A stretch of 63,772 bases of DNA, the filler included, from Welwitschia mirabilis (taxonomy: Eukaryota): the NCBI GenBank assembly GCA_051453625.1. It is 10 parts of one record of this genome, joined end to end, with 100 filler letters (N's around TTAATTAATTAA, not from the genome) between each part and the next. Parts side by side here need not be neighbours in the genome. Positions count along the whole stretch, not along the records: positions 30,442 to 52,547 come from JBOZIK010000001.1; positions 52,648 to 56,090 come from JBOZIK010000001.1; positions 56,191 to 58,967 come from JBOZIK010000001.1; positions 59,068 to 60,696 come from JBOZIK010000001.1; positions 60,797 to 62,433 come from JBOZIK010000001.1; positions 62,534 to 63,772 come from JBOZIK010000001.1; 4 more parts are not named here. One strand, written 5' to 3'. A program made the translations under genes and the position numbers. This document shows, piece after piece, positions 51,201 through 63,772 of the stretch. The notes under the pieces are model-generated. The model worked only from the letters and a program-made list of their open reading frames with translations, did not search any database and was not told where the DNA came from. Every line of letters begins with the position of its first letter. Positions within the stretch are counted from its first letter, which is position 1.

Positions 51201-53199
51201 AATTTCTCTTACCTCTTCTCAAATTTTAATTGCTCATAAGGTTTTAAAGATATGGGAAATGAAGGAAATTAAGTGAATTTTTACGTCTTTAAGAACGGAT
51301 CCTACTTCATAGAGTTTAATTCCAAGTTTGACCTTGACTTCACTCTGCCAAAATACTTTGCAAACCCAATGCTTCATTATCACCATTACCATTGCCGTTC
51401 CCTCCTTCATCAAGGATGCCAATGCGCTCAACTGAGAGCACTTTCTCCATAGTTTTGTCTTTTTCTTCATGGAAAATTGTTTCTTCAAAATTAAAAGCTT
51501 CACTTTTGCATTCAAAAAAAAAAAAAAAGGTGAGAAAGATTGGCCGAACTGAGGGGAGGACGTAGTGTTTTTCTCCAGAGAAGAATTCACAGTAGAGAAT
51601 GGCAGAAGATCACAATAAGAGAAGATCATGGAGGACATTACGAGAAGAGGAGTGCCAAGATAGAGGATTATTTAAAAATGTCAAAACAGGGTAATGCGCA
51701 TTAGAGGAAATCAGGGGAAATTAGGAATAAGTGCCCAAAACATAATAGCACCACACCATGGCAAGACGAATAGCCGAGAGAATTCAAACAAAAAAAAAAG
51801 ATAGGAGATTGAATAGGGGAAGAGAAACAAGACACACAACGTAAGAGACAGGAAGCAGAGAAATACATAGAAACAAGAGGTGCACAAAGACGACGATTAA
51901 GGACAATGAAAAACGCCATAACAAGAGAGAACGTGAGAGCAACGACATTGCAAAGGAGGGTAGAAACACTAACGCCTAGTAAAGAAAGCACAACAACACA
52001 ACAGAAAGGAAGGAGGGCCCTATGAAAAGAAAGGAGGGATCCGAGGACGCAAAAATGAACAGTGATGCAAGGGGGGAGGTGAGAGAGCAACAATCAAAAG
52101 TGAAGCATTCAAGGAAACAATAGCAATGCTGAAACGGAGTAGAGAGCAATAACATAGCAAATCACAGGGGCTAGAGAGGCCAAAATCAGAAGAATCACAA
52201 ACACCACAGTAAAAACGTGCATCACACATGACGCTAAAGACACAAGCACAAGAAAACAGTGTAGAGTTAGTAATCAAGAGCAAAGAGAAACAGCGCGAAA
52301 GCAAAATGCACATAGAGCAGCAGCGACAAAACGCCAGGCGCAGAGAGATCAACTATGCTTAGGAGGCTCGAAGCGAATGGAGGGTTGTAGCACATCATCA
52401 AAAGATGATGCGCACCAAAAGCATAACAACAGAATAAAGAGACCATCATAACGCATCAAAGGCCATCACAGAGCCGAATAAAGGCAAAAAACACATAGCA
52501 AACTGTTGAAGGATATCCTTCAGTCCCAAGTTCAAGACATTTTATCTNNNNNNNNNNNNNNNNNNNNNNNNNNNNNNNNNNNNNNNNNNNNTTAATTAAT
52601 TAANNNNNNNNNNNNNNNNNNNNNNNNNNNNNNNNNNNNNNNNNNNNAGACCCTCATAAACTGAAGGTCTCACAAATTCTAGATGCACAACTCTTAGATT
52701 CAGGATGGACTCCATTCCTTCCTGGTGACTTTCCCATTAGTTCATGATCATTTTCTTTTACATAAATCCTAATTGCAAATAACAAAAACAAAAAAGAAAA
52801 AAGAAAAAAAAATGTGTTTTCAACATTATGCCTTTTTCAGTTCTTTAGTCTTAAATAGTCAATTTGCATCTTATTTTTTTCAACACTTCAATCATTAGTT
52901 CTCATTTCAACCTTTGTTTTCGTAGGTGCTAAAATAAAAAGCCAATTGAAGTCACCCTTACACATTACCTTAGCTGGTTAATCTATCAAGAGGTACGTCG
53001 ATTTTGATTTTATCGATTTTAGTTATACTAGGTATTTGGAAAATCCATCTATTTATCTGAATGAAGAACAAATAACTAAAAACACTGAAGCTTACAAAAC
53101 GATGAAATCTCAAAATATGAGATCATCCTTAGCAAAACAATAAGACATCGAAACATACGATTTTCAAGTAGATCCTACCAATCAAGAAAAATCACTCAA

Positions 53200-54512
53200 G
53201 ATCAATCAACATTTATTACAAGAGATTAAATTGGAACTCGAAGACGTGTGTTATCCAATAAAGACATATTTGCTTGGCATTACAAGGATATGCCAGGCAT
53301 CAAAAAGTTAATCGTCATGCATAACATTATTTTAAAACCAAATTCAACCCCAGTAAAATAGAAGGTTAGAAAGCTTAACCCTCATCTGGCATTAGTAGTA
53401 AAAGAAGATCTGGAATGTCTTCTAACTACTAGATTTATTAGACCAGTTAACTACTTAGACTGATTATCAAACATCGTAGTTCTTCTAAATAAGAACGGTC
53501 AAATCAGGATTTGTGTTGATTACCGGGACCTAAATAAGGTAACTCTAAAAGATGATTACCCTTTACTAAACATCGACATTCTAGTAGATAACACAACTGG
53601 CTAGGATATCCTATCCTTCATGGATGGCTATTTAGGCTATAACCAGATATTTATTAATCCTGAAGATCAATACAAAACTACCTTTATAACACCTTGGGAA
53701 TTTTTTTGTTATGTCTTGATGCCTTTTGAATTGAAAAATTCTGGTGTAACATACCAGTGAGCAATGACTCACATATTTTACAACTTGATACATCACAACA
53801 TAGAAGATTATGTCGACGACGTCATAGTAAAATCAAAGATAGTAGATGATCATCCAACTGATTTAAGACAACTCTTCAAGCAAGCAAGAAAATATGATTT
53901 ACGACTCAACCCAAAGAAGTGTGTTTTTGGCGTACTATCAGGAAAACTTTTAGGTTTCATGGTTTCGAAACGAGGAATAGAAATCAATCCAGAAAAGATC
54001 AAGGCAATCACTGACATGCCACCACCCCGCAACTTGAAACAATTACGTAGTCTACAAGGTAGACTACAAGTTATACGTAGATTCATTTCGACTTTGACAT
54101 TTCGATGTGAACCTTTTATGCATCTACTCAAGAAAGACAACCAATTCAAATGAGATGAAAATTGCCAAAAGGCTTTCAATAAGATCAAAAAATATTTGAC
54201 ATCCACCCCTATCTTAAGTCCACCAAAACTTGATCAACCCTTTTACCTTTACCTTGCATACACACCCTCATCACTCAGTGCAATGATTTTTCAACAAGAT
54301 GAGTTACATCGAGATCACCCGATTTACTACATCAGTAGGATACTTCACCAATATGAGAAAAACTACACCGAAGTAGAAAAAGCATGTCTGAGCTTACTCA
54401 TTGCTTCACAGAAGTTTCGCCACTATATGGTAACGAATAAAACCATCGTGATCAACAATCAAAATCTATTCAAACACTTACTCGAATATTCTACTGGAAG
54501 TACCCATCTAAC
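53200..54512 (+). mobile_element. Ty3/gypsy Tat-lineage RT and RNase H, copy 1
   Basis: RICVDYRDLNK, SFMDGYLGYNQI, YVDDVIVKS, LNPKKCVFG, PIYYISR...EKNYTEVEKAC. Confidence 0.92.
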
Positions 54513-54598
54513 TGTTGAGAACAAATATGTTTCAATGATGAGATCAACAAAATTATTCGCAGGTCAAAGACATAGCTCACATCTGACAGGCAAAACTT
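54513..54598 (+). repeat. Start of an unrelated inserted LTR
   Basis: Tat homology stops abruptly at CATCTAAC and TGTTGAGAAC begins; copy 2 continues CATCTAACGAAGTGG. Confidence 0.55.
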
Positions 54599-54698
54599 NN
54601 NNNNNNNNNNNNNNNNNNNNNNNNNNNNNNNNNNNNNNNNNNNNNNNNNNNNNNNNNNNNNNNNNNNNNNNNNNNNNNNNNNNNNNNNNNNNNNNNNN

Positions 54699-56090
54699 AT
54701 TTACGACTTAACCCGAAGAAGTGTATTTTCGATGTACCATTAGGAAAACTTTTAGGTTTCATGGTCTTGGAACGAGGAATCGAAATCGATCTAGAAAATA
54801 TTAAAGCAGTAACAGACATGCCACCATCTCACAACTTGAAATAGTTATATAGTCTCCAAGGTAGATTACAAGCTATATGTCAATTCATTTCAACTTTGAC
54901 AGATCGATGTAAACCTTTCATGCATCTATTTAAGAAAAACAACCAATTTAAATGGGACGAAAATTGCCAAAAGGCTTTCGATAAGATCAAAGAATACTTG
55001 ACATCCACCCCTGTCTTAAGTCCACCAAAATTTGATCAACCCTTTTACCTTTGCCTTACATACATACCATCATTACTCAGTGCAATGATTTTTCAATGAG
55101 ATGAGTTACACCGAGATCACCTAATTTACTATATCAGTAGAATACTTCATCAATATGAGAAAAATTACACCGAAGCGAAGAAAGTATGTCTGAGCTTAGT
55201 CTTCGCTTTACAGAAATTTCGCCACTACATGATAACAAATAAAATGATTAGAATCAATAATTATAATCTACTTAAGAATTTACTCGAATATTCTACTGGA
55301 AGTACTCATCTAACGAAGTGGGCATCAATTTTCATTGAATTTGACTTGGAATTCCAATCTCAAAAATCTATCAAAGGTAAATGCATAGTTGAACAAATAG
55401 CGGATTTACCTGTAGAAATTGAGGACGAAATCTTAGACGAATTTGAACAATTTCCAGATGAAGAAATTCACTTTGTCGAAAGCAAAAAGAACTGCATTGC
55501 ATTAATGTTCTTCGATGGCACATCAAACAGAAATGGTGGTTTTACAAGAGTGGTTTTTTTTTTGAACAACAAAACGAGTTTACCATTCTCCTTCAAACTA
55601 AATTTTCCTTGCACGAATAACATCGCCAAACATGAACCCTTGTTAAGAGGAATAGTCCTCGCCATTCAAGTTGGTTTTAAGAGCTTACGCATTTTTGGTG
55701 ATTCATAGCTAATGGTTAATCAAGTATTGGGTAAATATGAAGCGAGATTGAAAATTTTAGGCCTTTACGTCAAAAAGGTAAAAAGTTTGTTTTTTATGTT
55801 TGACCATTGTGAAATTCTAGCCATACGAAGAAGTAAAAACCAATTTGCTGATTACCTTGCAAAATTTGCTCAAACTTGTTTCAAAGATCCATCATTTAAA
55901 GAATTTGTCACATGTGTAGATGTGAATCAAAATTTTTTAGATGAACAGCCAATGGTAGCCTATTTGGAATTACCACGGGATGAGGTAAACCAACTAGTAA
56001 AAGATCCTAAAACGATAGATGAATGGTATGACACATTGGTAAGTTACCTCATAGATCAAAAGCTACCAGAAGCTTTCACCTCTATACAAA
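54699..56090 (+). mobile_element. Tat-lineage RT end, RNase H and additional archaeal-type RNase H (aRH), copy 2
   Basis: LTKWASIFIEFDL...SIKG, then MFFDGTS...FKLNFPCTNNIA...LRIFGDS*LMVNQV...RSKNQFADYLA. Confidence 0.92.
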
Positions 56091-56190
56091 NNNNNNNNNN
56101 NNNNNNNNNNNNNNNNNNNNNNNNNNNNNNNNNNTTAATTAATTAANNNNNNNNNNNNNNNNNNNNNNNNNNNNNNNNNNNNNNNNNNNN

Positions 56191-58967
56191 AACTTGTTAT
56201 TCAAAAAATTTACTCTAGTGTTGTATGAAAGAATAAGTTGACCTAGTTCAAACTTTTTATGAGGTATCTTTTTATCATATTTGAACTTAGCTTACGCTTT
56301 ATGGATTAATTGACAATGTATAGCATGAGTTTATTTTTTATCAAAGTGGTCAAATTAAACTAATATAGATTTAAGGTTTTCATAAAGATCCATTAGATTA
56401 AGTTGATGAGAAGCACAATAAGAGTTATAGTACACATTAATAGATAAAATACAAACTTTAGCGTACACAAGTTTATAAGGTAAAAAACCAAGAGAAATAC
56501 ATCAAGTAATATGATAAGTTTAAAGAACATCATTAAGCTTAGAAAGCGAAGATTTCTTATTAATAAAGATAAGTTTTTAAAATATTTTTTTAATTTCTCT
56601 ATTAAAATTTTTAACTTGTCCATTAGTATGAGGATGATAATCACAAACTGCTCTATGTTTTATTTCAATGGATAAAAGAGGTGTCCTAAAAATCTGATTA
56701 ATAAAATGAGTTATTTGATCATTAATGATAATCTAGGAAAACCAAATATTTAAAACATATAAGTTCTAAGAAAATGACAAATAATTCAAGCATTATTCAA
56801 AAAAGTAGGAACAGCTTCAACCCATTTAGTCACATAATCTACAGTCACTAAAATGTAATGTTTATCATGAAAAGGTGGTTGAATAGAATATATAAAATTA
56901 ATATCTTAACAATCAAAAGATTCACACTTAAGAATAGATCTAAGGGCATTTTCTGAGCATGAATAAACGCTAATAAGAACCAAACCTTATAACAAAANNN
57001 NNNNNNNNNNNNNNNNNNNNNNNNNNNNNNNNNNNNNNNNNNNNNNNNNNNNNNNNNNNNNNNNNNNNNNNNNNNNNNNNNNNNNNNNNNNNNNNNNNNN
57101 NNNNNNNNNNNNNNNNNNNNNNNNNNNNNNNNNNNNNNNNNNNNNNNNNNNNNNNNNNNNNNNNNNNNNNNNNNNNNNNNNNNNNNNNNNNNNNNNNNNN
57201 NNNNNNNNNNNNNNNNNNNNNNNNNNNNNNNNNNNNNNNNNNNNNNNNNNNNNNNNNNNNNNNNNNNNNNNNNNNNNNNNNNNNNNNNNNNNNNNNNNNN
57301 NNNNNNNNNNNNNNNNNNNNNNNNNNNNNNNNNNNNNNNNNNNNNNNNNNNNNNNNNNNNNNNNNNNNNNNNNNNNNNNNNNNNNNNNNNNNNNNNNNNN
57401 NNNNNNNNNNNNNNNNNNNNNNNNNNNNNNNNNNNNNNNNNNNNNNNNNNNNNNNNNNNNNNNNNNNNNNNNNNNNNNNNNNNNNNNNNNNNNNNNNNNN
57501 NNNNNNNNNNNNNNNNNNNNNNNNNNNNNNNNNNNNNNNNNNNNNNNNNNNNNNNNNNNNNNNNNNNNNNNNNNNNNNNNNNNNNNNNNNNNNNNNNNNN
57601 NNNNNNNNNNNNNNNNNNNNNNNNNNNNNNNNNNNNNNNNNNNNNNNNNNNNNNNNNNNNNNNNNNNNNNNNNNNNNNNNNNNNNNNNNNNNNNNNNNNN
57701 NNNNNNNNNNNNNNNNNNNNNNNNNNNNNNNNNNNNNNNNNNNNNNNNNNNNNNNNNNNNNNNNNNNNNNNNNNNNNNNNNNNNNNNNNNNNNNNNNNNN
57801 NNNNNNNNNNNNNNNNNNNNNNNNNNNNNNNNNNNNNNNNNNNNNNNNNNNNNNNNNNNNNNNNNNNNNNNNNNNNNNNNNNNNNNNNNNNNNNNNNNNN
57901 NNNNNNNNNNNNNNNNNTGCTTCCCTACTTTATCAATAATGGTCAAATTAAACTCTTGCATAAAGAGGATCCATCTAATCAATCTAGTATTAGAATTTTT
58001 CTTAGTCATGAGGTAACAAATAGTAGCATAATTGGTATAAACATTCATATAAAAGTCTAAAAGATAATGTCTAAGTGTATCAAGGCAAAAGATGATGGCT
58101 AACATTTCCTTCTCCATAATAGTATAATTCATTTGAGTTCTAGATAGAGACTTGCTATGGTAAGATNNNNNNNNNNNNNNNNNNNNNNNNNNNNNNNNAA
58201 GTATTCCACCCACGACAAAATTACTCACATTACACCTTAATTTAAAGTTTTTTTCCCAATTAGGTCCCATTACAATATGAGCATAAGAAAGTTTACATAT
58301 AAGCCTATTAAAAACAAGCTGACAAGATTCATTCCATTCAAATTTAGATTCTTTTTCTAGTAATGAGTAAAGGGGTTTATAAATATTTGCATAATTATGA
58401 ATAAACCAATGATAAAAACCACAATCACCAAAAAAAGATCTAATATGTTTTACATTTGTAGGGGAATTTAGGTTTTAAATAATATCAATGTTTTCGAAGT
58501 CCATCCTAATCCCCTCTTTCAAAATATGGTGACTTAAAATAATTCCATTTTTAACTAAAAATAAACTCTTTTCCCAACTCAAATGTAGGCCACTAGAAAT
58601 GCAACGATTAAGGACTTTCTCTAATCATTTTAAGATTTATTCAAAAGTTTCAGCATAAATAGAGAAATCATTCATAAAAATTTCAATCGAATCCTCTAAC
58701 ATATCAGAAAAAATACCCATCATAGCATGCTAAAAAGTACTGAGAGCATTACAAAGTCCAAAAAGCATGCGTCAGAAACCAAAAGTACCAAAAGGTAAAG
58801 TAAAAGTAGTTTTGGTTTAGTCCTTACTAGTAATATAAACCTAGTTATAACCATTATATCCATCAAGAAAATAATAAAATGCATGTCCTTGAATCCTATC
58901 AAATATTTGTTCAAGAAAAGACAAAGGATAATAATCTTTTTTGGTTGCTTCATTTAATTTTTTAAAA
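56191..58967 (-). mobile_element. Athila-type Ty3/gypsy pol remnant (RT-RH-INT), extremely decayed
   Basis: NYTIMEKEMLAIIF...RLIRWILFMQEFNLTIIDK (RH), VTVDYVTKWVEAV (INT, ~56810-56850), FTFGTFGF..MLFGLCNA (RT). Confidence 0.85.
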
Positions 58968-59067
58968 NNNNNNNNNNNNNNNNNNNNNNNNNNNNNNNNN
59001 NNNNNNNNNNNTTAATTAATTAANNNNNNNNNNNNNNNNNNNNNNNNNNNNNNNNNNNNNNNNNNNN

Positions 59068-60696
59068 AAGGAGGAAGTTATAAATTTTGGTATGTAACCA
59101 TAAAGAATAATTCTTTATCTTCATACATAAACATAGAAATGATGTGTCCTTTGACTATTGATGATGCTATCAACAGATACGATGTCATGTGTCTTCCACA
59201 TGATCATCCTCATTATTACCACATGTCGTTGTAATGTTTCAATTTGTACTTCCACCATGTGTTGTCAAGTTTGAAGTTTTTTTAAGGTTAAATCTGATTT
59301 ACCCCATAAGTTCAATGTGATTAATGCCCCAAAAAGGTGTAGTAATGTAAGTTCTAAAACAATTTTCTTCAAAAATCCTATAGCATTGGTAGACTTAACT
59401 AGTAGTACCAGTGTTTGGTGCTAAAAGTTCATCAGTTTGGGCATAGTTCTTCTGAAGTCCTTAATATATCTACTCATGTTAAGGCAAGTTTATAATTTCA
59501 TGAAAAAGTAATAAAAAGGGCAAAAAGCATTAATATATGATAAATCCATGAATTTAATATTTCTCCTTATGCTAAATTGACCAGTTATACTTGCTTAGAA
59601 TGTCAATTTTAGCATGTAAACACAACCTTAACCTAACTTTTGCTAGACTCTTAGTGAAACGTTGATGAAGAAATAGTGAACATGGAAAAACTGTCTAAGT
59701 AAATGGAAAGTAAGGAAATGATATAACATTTTTGAAAAATTTTGATCAATTTTTAATAATTCAAGCATCAAAATTTAAAAAAATTGTGAAAATGGATGCC
59801 ATATCCCCAATAAAAATTAAACTTTATTTTTAAAGTTACAAAAATAGAGAATTTTACACAAGGCTTTTGAGAATAAATTGATCACAAAAGGCTAGCACAT
59901 GATAATAATGTAAGTATTTTAAGGAAAACCATAATGTAATGCTTAATTAAAATGCAATCTTTAGGGAATATAAAACATAAAACCTAATTTAAAATGTTTA
60001 TCCACACATTCACATATTCTAGAAGATAGATTACCTAAACTGATGGCCACATTTATTGGAAATTTCTTAAATTTTATTATAATTTTAAATGTGTCACATT
60101 ATCAAACAAACAAGATATCCTTTAAGTAAATATGTAAGTAATAAAAAATTAGTTAAGCAAATCCATAAGTACACAAGTTAAAGAAAAGTAGACACAAAAG
60201 AATATCCCAATTCTACATTTTTCATTCCAATTCAACTTTTCTATAATCATGTTTTAATTCTTGTTTTAATTATTTTGATCAAATTGAACATTTAGTATTA
60301 TGACATCTCCTTTCACTAGAGTTAAGCATGTTGTTATATAAAGGAGTCAGTGCTGCATTACTAGCGAGTGTTTATAGCCCTGATGCATTTATACATCTCA
60401 TAAATTAAATAATTAGAGCTGCATTACCCACGAGTATTCATAGCCCCAATGCAGTTAACTAAATCCAATTTTTAATGATTAATAATTAATGTACTTTTAT
60501 ATGGGCGATAGTTGTTTATTTTCTTTTAGTCATTGTTTTCATATTCAATAATTTTTTTAATGCACATAGAGGGGTAATTAGATCATTAGACTAATCAAGA
60601 TAAATCTTGTTACCATAACATGTTTTAAAAACAATTAACTCTGCATGAAGATATATTTAATCTTAATTCAACCATTTTTTCAAATTGAAAGATCTT
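59068..60696 (-). mobile_element. Probable Athila 3' non-coding region and start of 3' LTR (LTR start ~59622)
   Basis: Minus strand ...CTAGCAAAAGTTAGGTTAAGGTTG|TGTTTACATGCTAAAA resembles an Athila PPT/LTR junction. Confidence 0.45.
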
Positions 60697-60959
60697 NNNN
60701 NNNNNNNNNNNNNNNNNNNNNNNNNNNNNNNNNNNNNNNNTTAATTAATTAANNNNNNNNNNNNNNNNNNNNNNNNNNNNNNNNNNNNNNNNNNNNATGC
60801 AGGCTAAAATATGCAATAATACTCCAAATAAGAAGCCATTTTTGAATAAAGAATGATCAAAGAAAAATAATGATCAAAGCCATTTTTATTATAGCCTTTG
60901 AAAGAACTATGCCCAAACTGATGAATGTTTATTACCAATGTTGTGATGCGTATTTGTGT

Positions 60960-62433
60960 TTCCACTTCCAATATTCTAAAGATCGAATTTAACTTGCAAC
61001 ATCTGAATGGCTAATAATATAATTACACACAATGCACATTTGTATAGTGGAATCAACCTGAATGTCATACACCTTGAGAAGACTTCTAAAAGAGAATATA
61101 AAAAATTACTTTCATAAAAAGAATAATAACATATTTTGGAATTTTTCTTTAAAGGAAATAAAATTAAACAATGCAAAGATGATGATGGAATGCAATGTAA
61201 TGGAATAAAATGAAATGCAATGTAATGAATGCAATTCTAATGTAATGAATTAATTAAAATTCCAATCTACTGTCACTTAGATTGGTCCTTATAACCTATT
61301 TCACTTGAAAATTCATGTTACTTAAATTGCAATTAAGATAAGCTATAAGGAAGAACAATAAAACATTTGAAAATATTTTAATTCAATTAATTATTTATTA
61401 AGGAAATTTGATTACATCCACGTACGACAACAACTCCTCAATGGAAGATTCACTGCCTAATACTGAAGTGAACCTTCTCATAAGTAGGATGCATCTCCTT
61501 ATCTTCAACAATCTCCAATCTTCAAAAGAATGTACGTGACAAAAGATGATTTTGAATGGGGTCTGAAAGGGTCTATTTATAGGTTGGGATAGGTCACTAA
61601 AGGGTGTGAAACAAAGAAGTACAAGTTAGATTCATCCTTTAATAACAATTTAATTAATTTACAAATCATTTTAATTGTCATCATGTTGTCCCCATGACAT
61701 AAAGGACAATACTCCATCTATTAACTAATGCTTAGCACATGTCAAAAATGCTGACTGTCATCCTAATCATCATCTCCACAACACAGAGGAAAATCGTACT
61801 TTTCTGACTGTCATCCCCTCTATCATTCTCATGACATGAAGGATGACCATAATATCTTCATAACATTACTTTGGTTTATCATTATTCCAAAATAGCTTCT
61901 TATGTTGAAAATTATTACATATTTTGGCCTGTATAGAAGCTTTGTATAATTTATATAAATACCTAAAAAGACCTATCAATAGGACCTAAAAATGTACTCC
62001 ACAAGTGTATTTAATACGTNNNNNNNNNNACGTTAAGTTGACATCATAACATAGCCCTCCCACTTAGCATTTATCAATCCTTGATAAATTAAGTGAATAA
62101 CAAGTTGTAAGCCAACTAACAAAAACAAACTCAAAACATGTACATCATTTAGAATTAAGAGTATAACATGTGAAATACATCTATGAAAAGGTAGAAGTTA
62201 AATTGATGTATATTATAAATCATTAATTTTAATAGAATAGCATGGTTTAATGAAAAATAATGGCTTATAAATCATGTAATATAGGTGTATACCCCCCAAC
62301 TAAATGAGCAAGTCACCTCTAGTTGCATAAGTCATGAAGGAAAGGTAAAATAGGATAAGATTTCATGGTTGCAAGGTTAAGTAATAGAATAAATTATAAA
62401 AAAAGATATTATTAAAGAAAAGAAGAGAATTAA
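60960..62433 (-). mobile_element. Athila-type 3' LTR (start at 62051) with PPT and upstream sequence
   Basis: Minus strand TAAGTGGGAGGGCTA|TGTTATGATGTC has the same start as 46209; shares the 28-bp palindromic motif at 61684 and 61821. LTR far end approximate. Confidence 0.65.
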
Positions 62434-63772
62434 NNNNNNNNNNNNNNNNNNNNNNNNNNNNNNNNNNNNNNNNNNNNTTAATTAATTAANNNNNNNNNNN
62501 NNNNNNNNNNNNNNNNNNNNNNNNNNNNNNNNNATTATCAATCAATGTTCAAAAAAAAAAAAGAAAGAAAAAGATAGAAATTCAAGTCAATTGGTAAAAT
62601 ATCAATATCATGCACCAAAAAAAAAAGAAAAAAGAAAAAAATAGAAAAGGAAAAAACAATTATGATGTCCTCCCACAAGCATACCTGGATAAATATTCCC
62701 AAGAGGCGCCTTTGGCAGTGTAATATGGTAATTATGGGAACTTCATTGGGGTATTAGTTGGTTGTGATTTAGCTTCGGATTACAGATCCTTATGCTTTTG
62801 GAAATGGTTGCGCTCCCCTCATCATGATAGATGGTGATTTCTAAAATTTTCATTGACTTGATTTTCCATGACTCTGAAGCTATGATTTTAGGAGCATTCA
62901 GAACATATTGATTATTAAATAGTAAGTTGTCAAGATTTCATTTACTATCACAGTTGACAATTGGATTGAGTTATAGTCCTGACATTATATTGATGCTTCA
63001 TAGAATAACTATAGACATTGTCATAATCATTGTCCTAGTCATGTGATACTCTATGTTGTTTAATACTAAACCATCATTAATAATATTAAATAATTTATAA
63101 CTCATACCAATAGACATTATTAAGGTAACATTTAGAGATTTTTAACCAATCTTCTTCATGTCTCTGTTTGTCCATTTCCAGCTAGTCTTTTTGTAGTATT
63201 CACAATTGATTATCTCAGAGTCATCTCTCATGTTTTATCTAAATCTATTCAAGACTATTTCCACTCTTTAGTTGATTCATCACCTATTAAAAACCAAACT
63301 CCTTTTGTCATACCATTTTCTTAGTCATCTGTCATACTTCTTTTGTTTTCCATTTCATTACCTCCCATCTCACATACAATTAGTTTGATTAACTTATATT
63401 TTAGTCAACTGAATATACCCCTTTATCACTTTCTCTATATACATGTTCAAACTTTGTTTACATTACATTTTCATAATTTATTTGAATCATGTCTCATCAT
63501 CTTAATTTTCATTTGATCATTTATCTCATATGTTTTTGATGTAAGGTTTATTTATTCACCTTTTATAAAAAAGGAGGTAACTATAATAGGGCTATTTTAC
63601 ATTTTTTTTTTCCACTCATTACTTCATTTTACAAATCATGCCCTTCACTTTCCATGTTATTATGACATACTTACACCATTTATTTAAAAAAAAAATTGAA
63701 GTTTCTTATGAATGATAGTGGATAGAGGTTCTCATGTTCAAAGTCCAAGAGAGTATCCCATATGCTTCTATT

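Noticed and set aside
51701..52449. Hydrophobic Cys/Leu/Phe-rich minus-strand ORFs as membrane proteins
   Set aside because: Expected by-product of pyrimidine-skewed sequence; overlapping frames look alike and show no domain.
60370..60400. Hammerhead ribozyme (retrozyme) core
   Set aside because: Reads CTGATGC rather than CTGANGA, with no properly placed GAAA or stems.

Overview
Plant (angiosperm-like) nuclear heterochromatin-type sequence from a fragmented draft assembly. Nine identical N44-TTAATTAATTAA-N44 linkers split it into about ten contigs, and there are many other N gaps. Nearly everything recognisable is decayed transposon: at least three families of Tnt1/Tork-like Ty1/copia LTR retrotransposons (one full-length copy at 34325-41293 with a GTCTT TSD), a gag-only non-autonomous copia derivative, a tandem-array TRIM with a TATAT TSD, a DUF659-type hAT transposase pseudogene with two related non-autonomous ends, an Ac-like MITE, Ty3/gypsy Tat (with extra archaeal-type RNase H) and Athila remnants, and probable degenerate L1 LINE fragments. 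I found no intact protein-coding gene, rRNA, tRNA or CRISPR. The only host-gene sequence I recognised is a disrupted fragment of the plastid kinase-fibrillin gene ORG1/FBN11 (PAP14) at ~50.6-51.2 kb. A CpG-rich, non-TE island at ~41.3-42.4 kb looks promoter- or 5'UTR-like. I see no convincing evidence of a wholly new biological system; the best leads are unusual non-autonomous element architectures and a possible gene-fragment capture. All alignments were done by eye.
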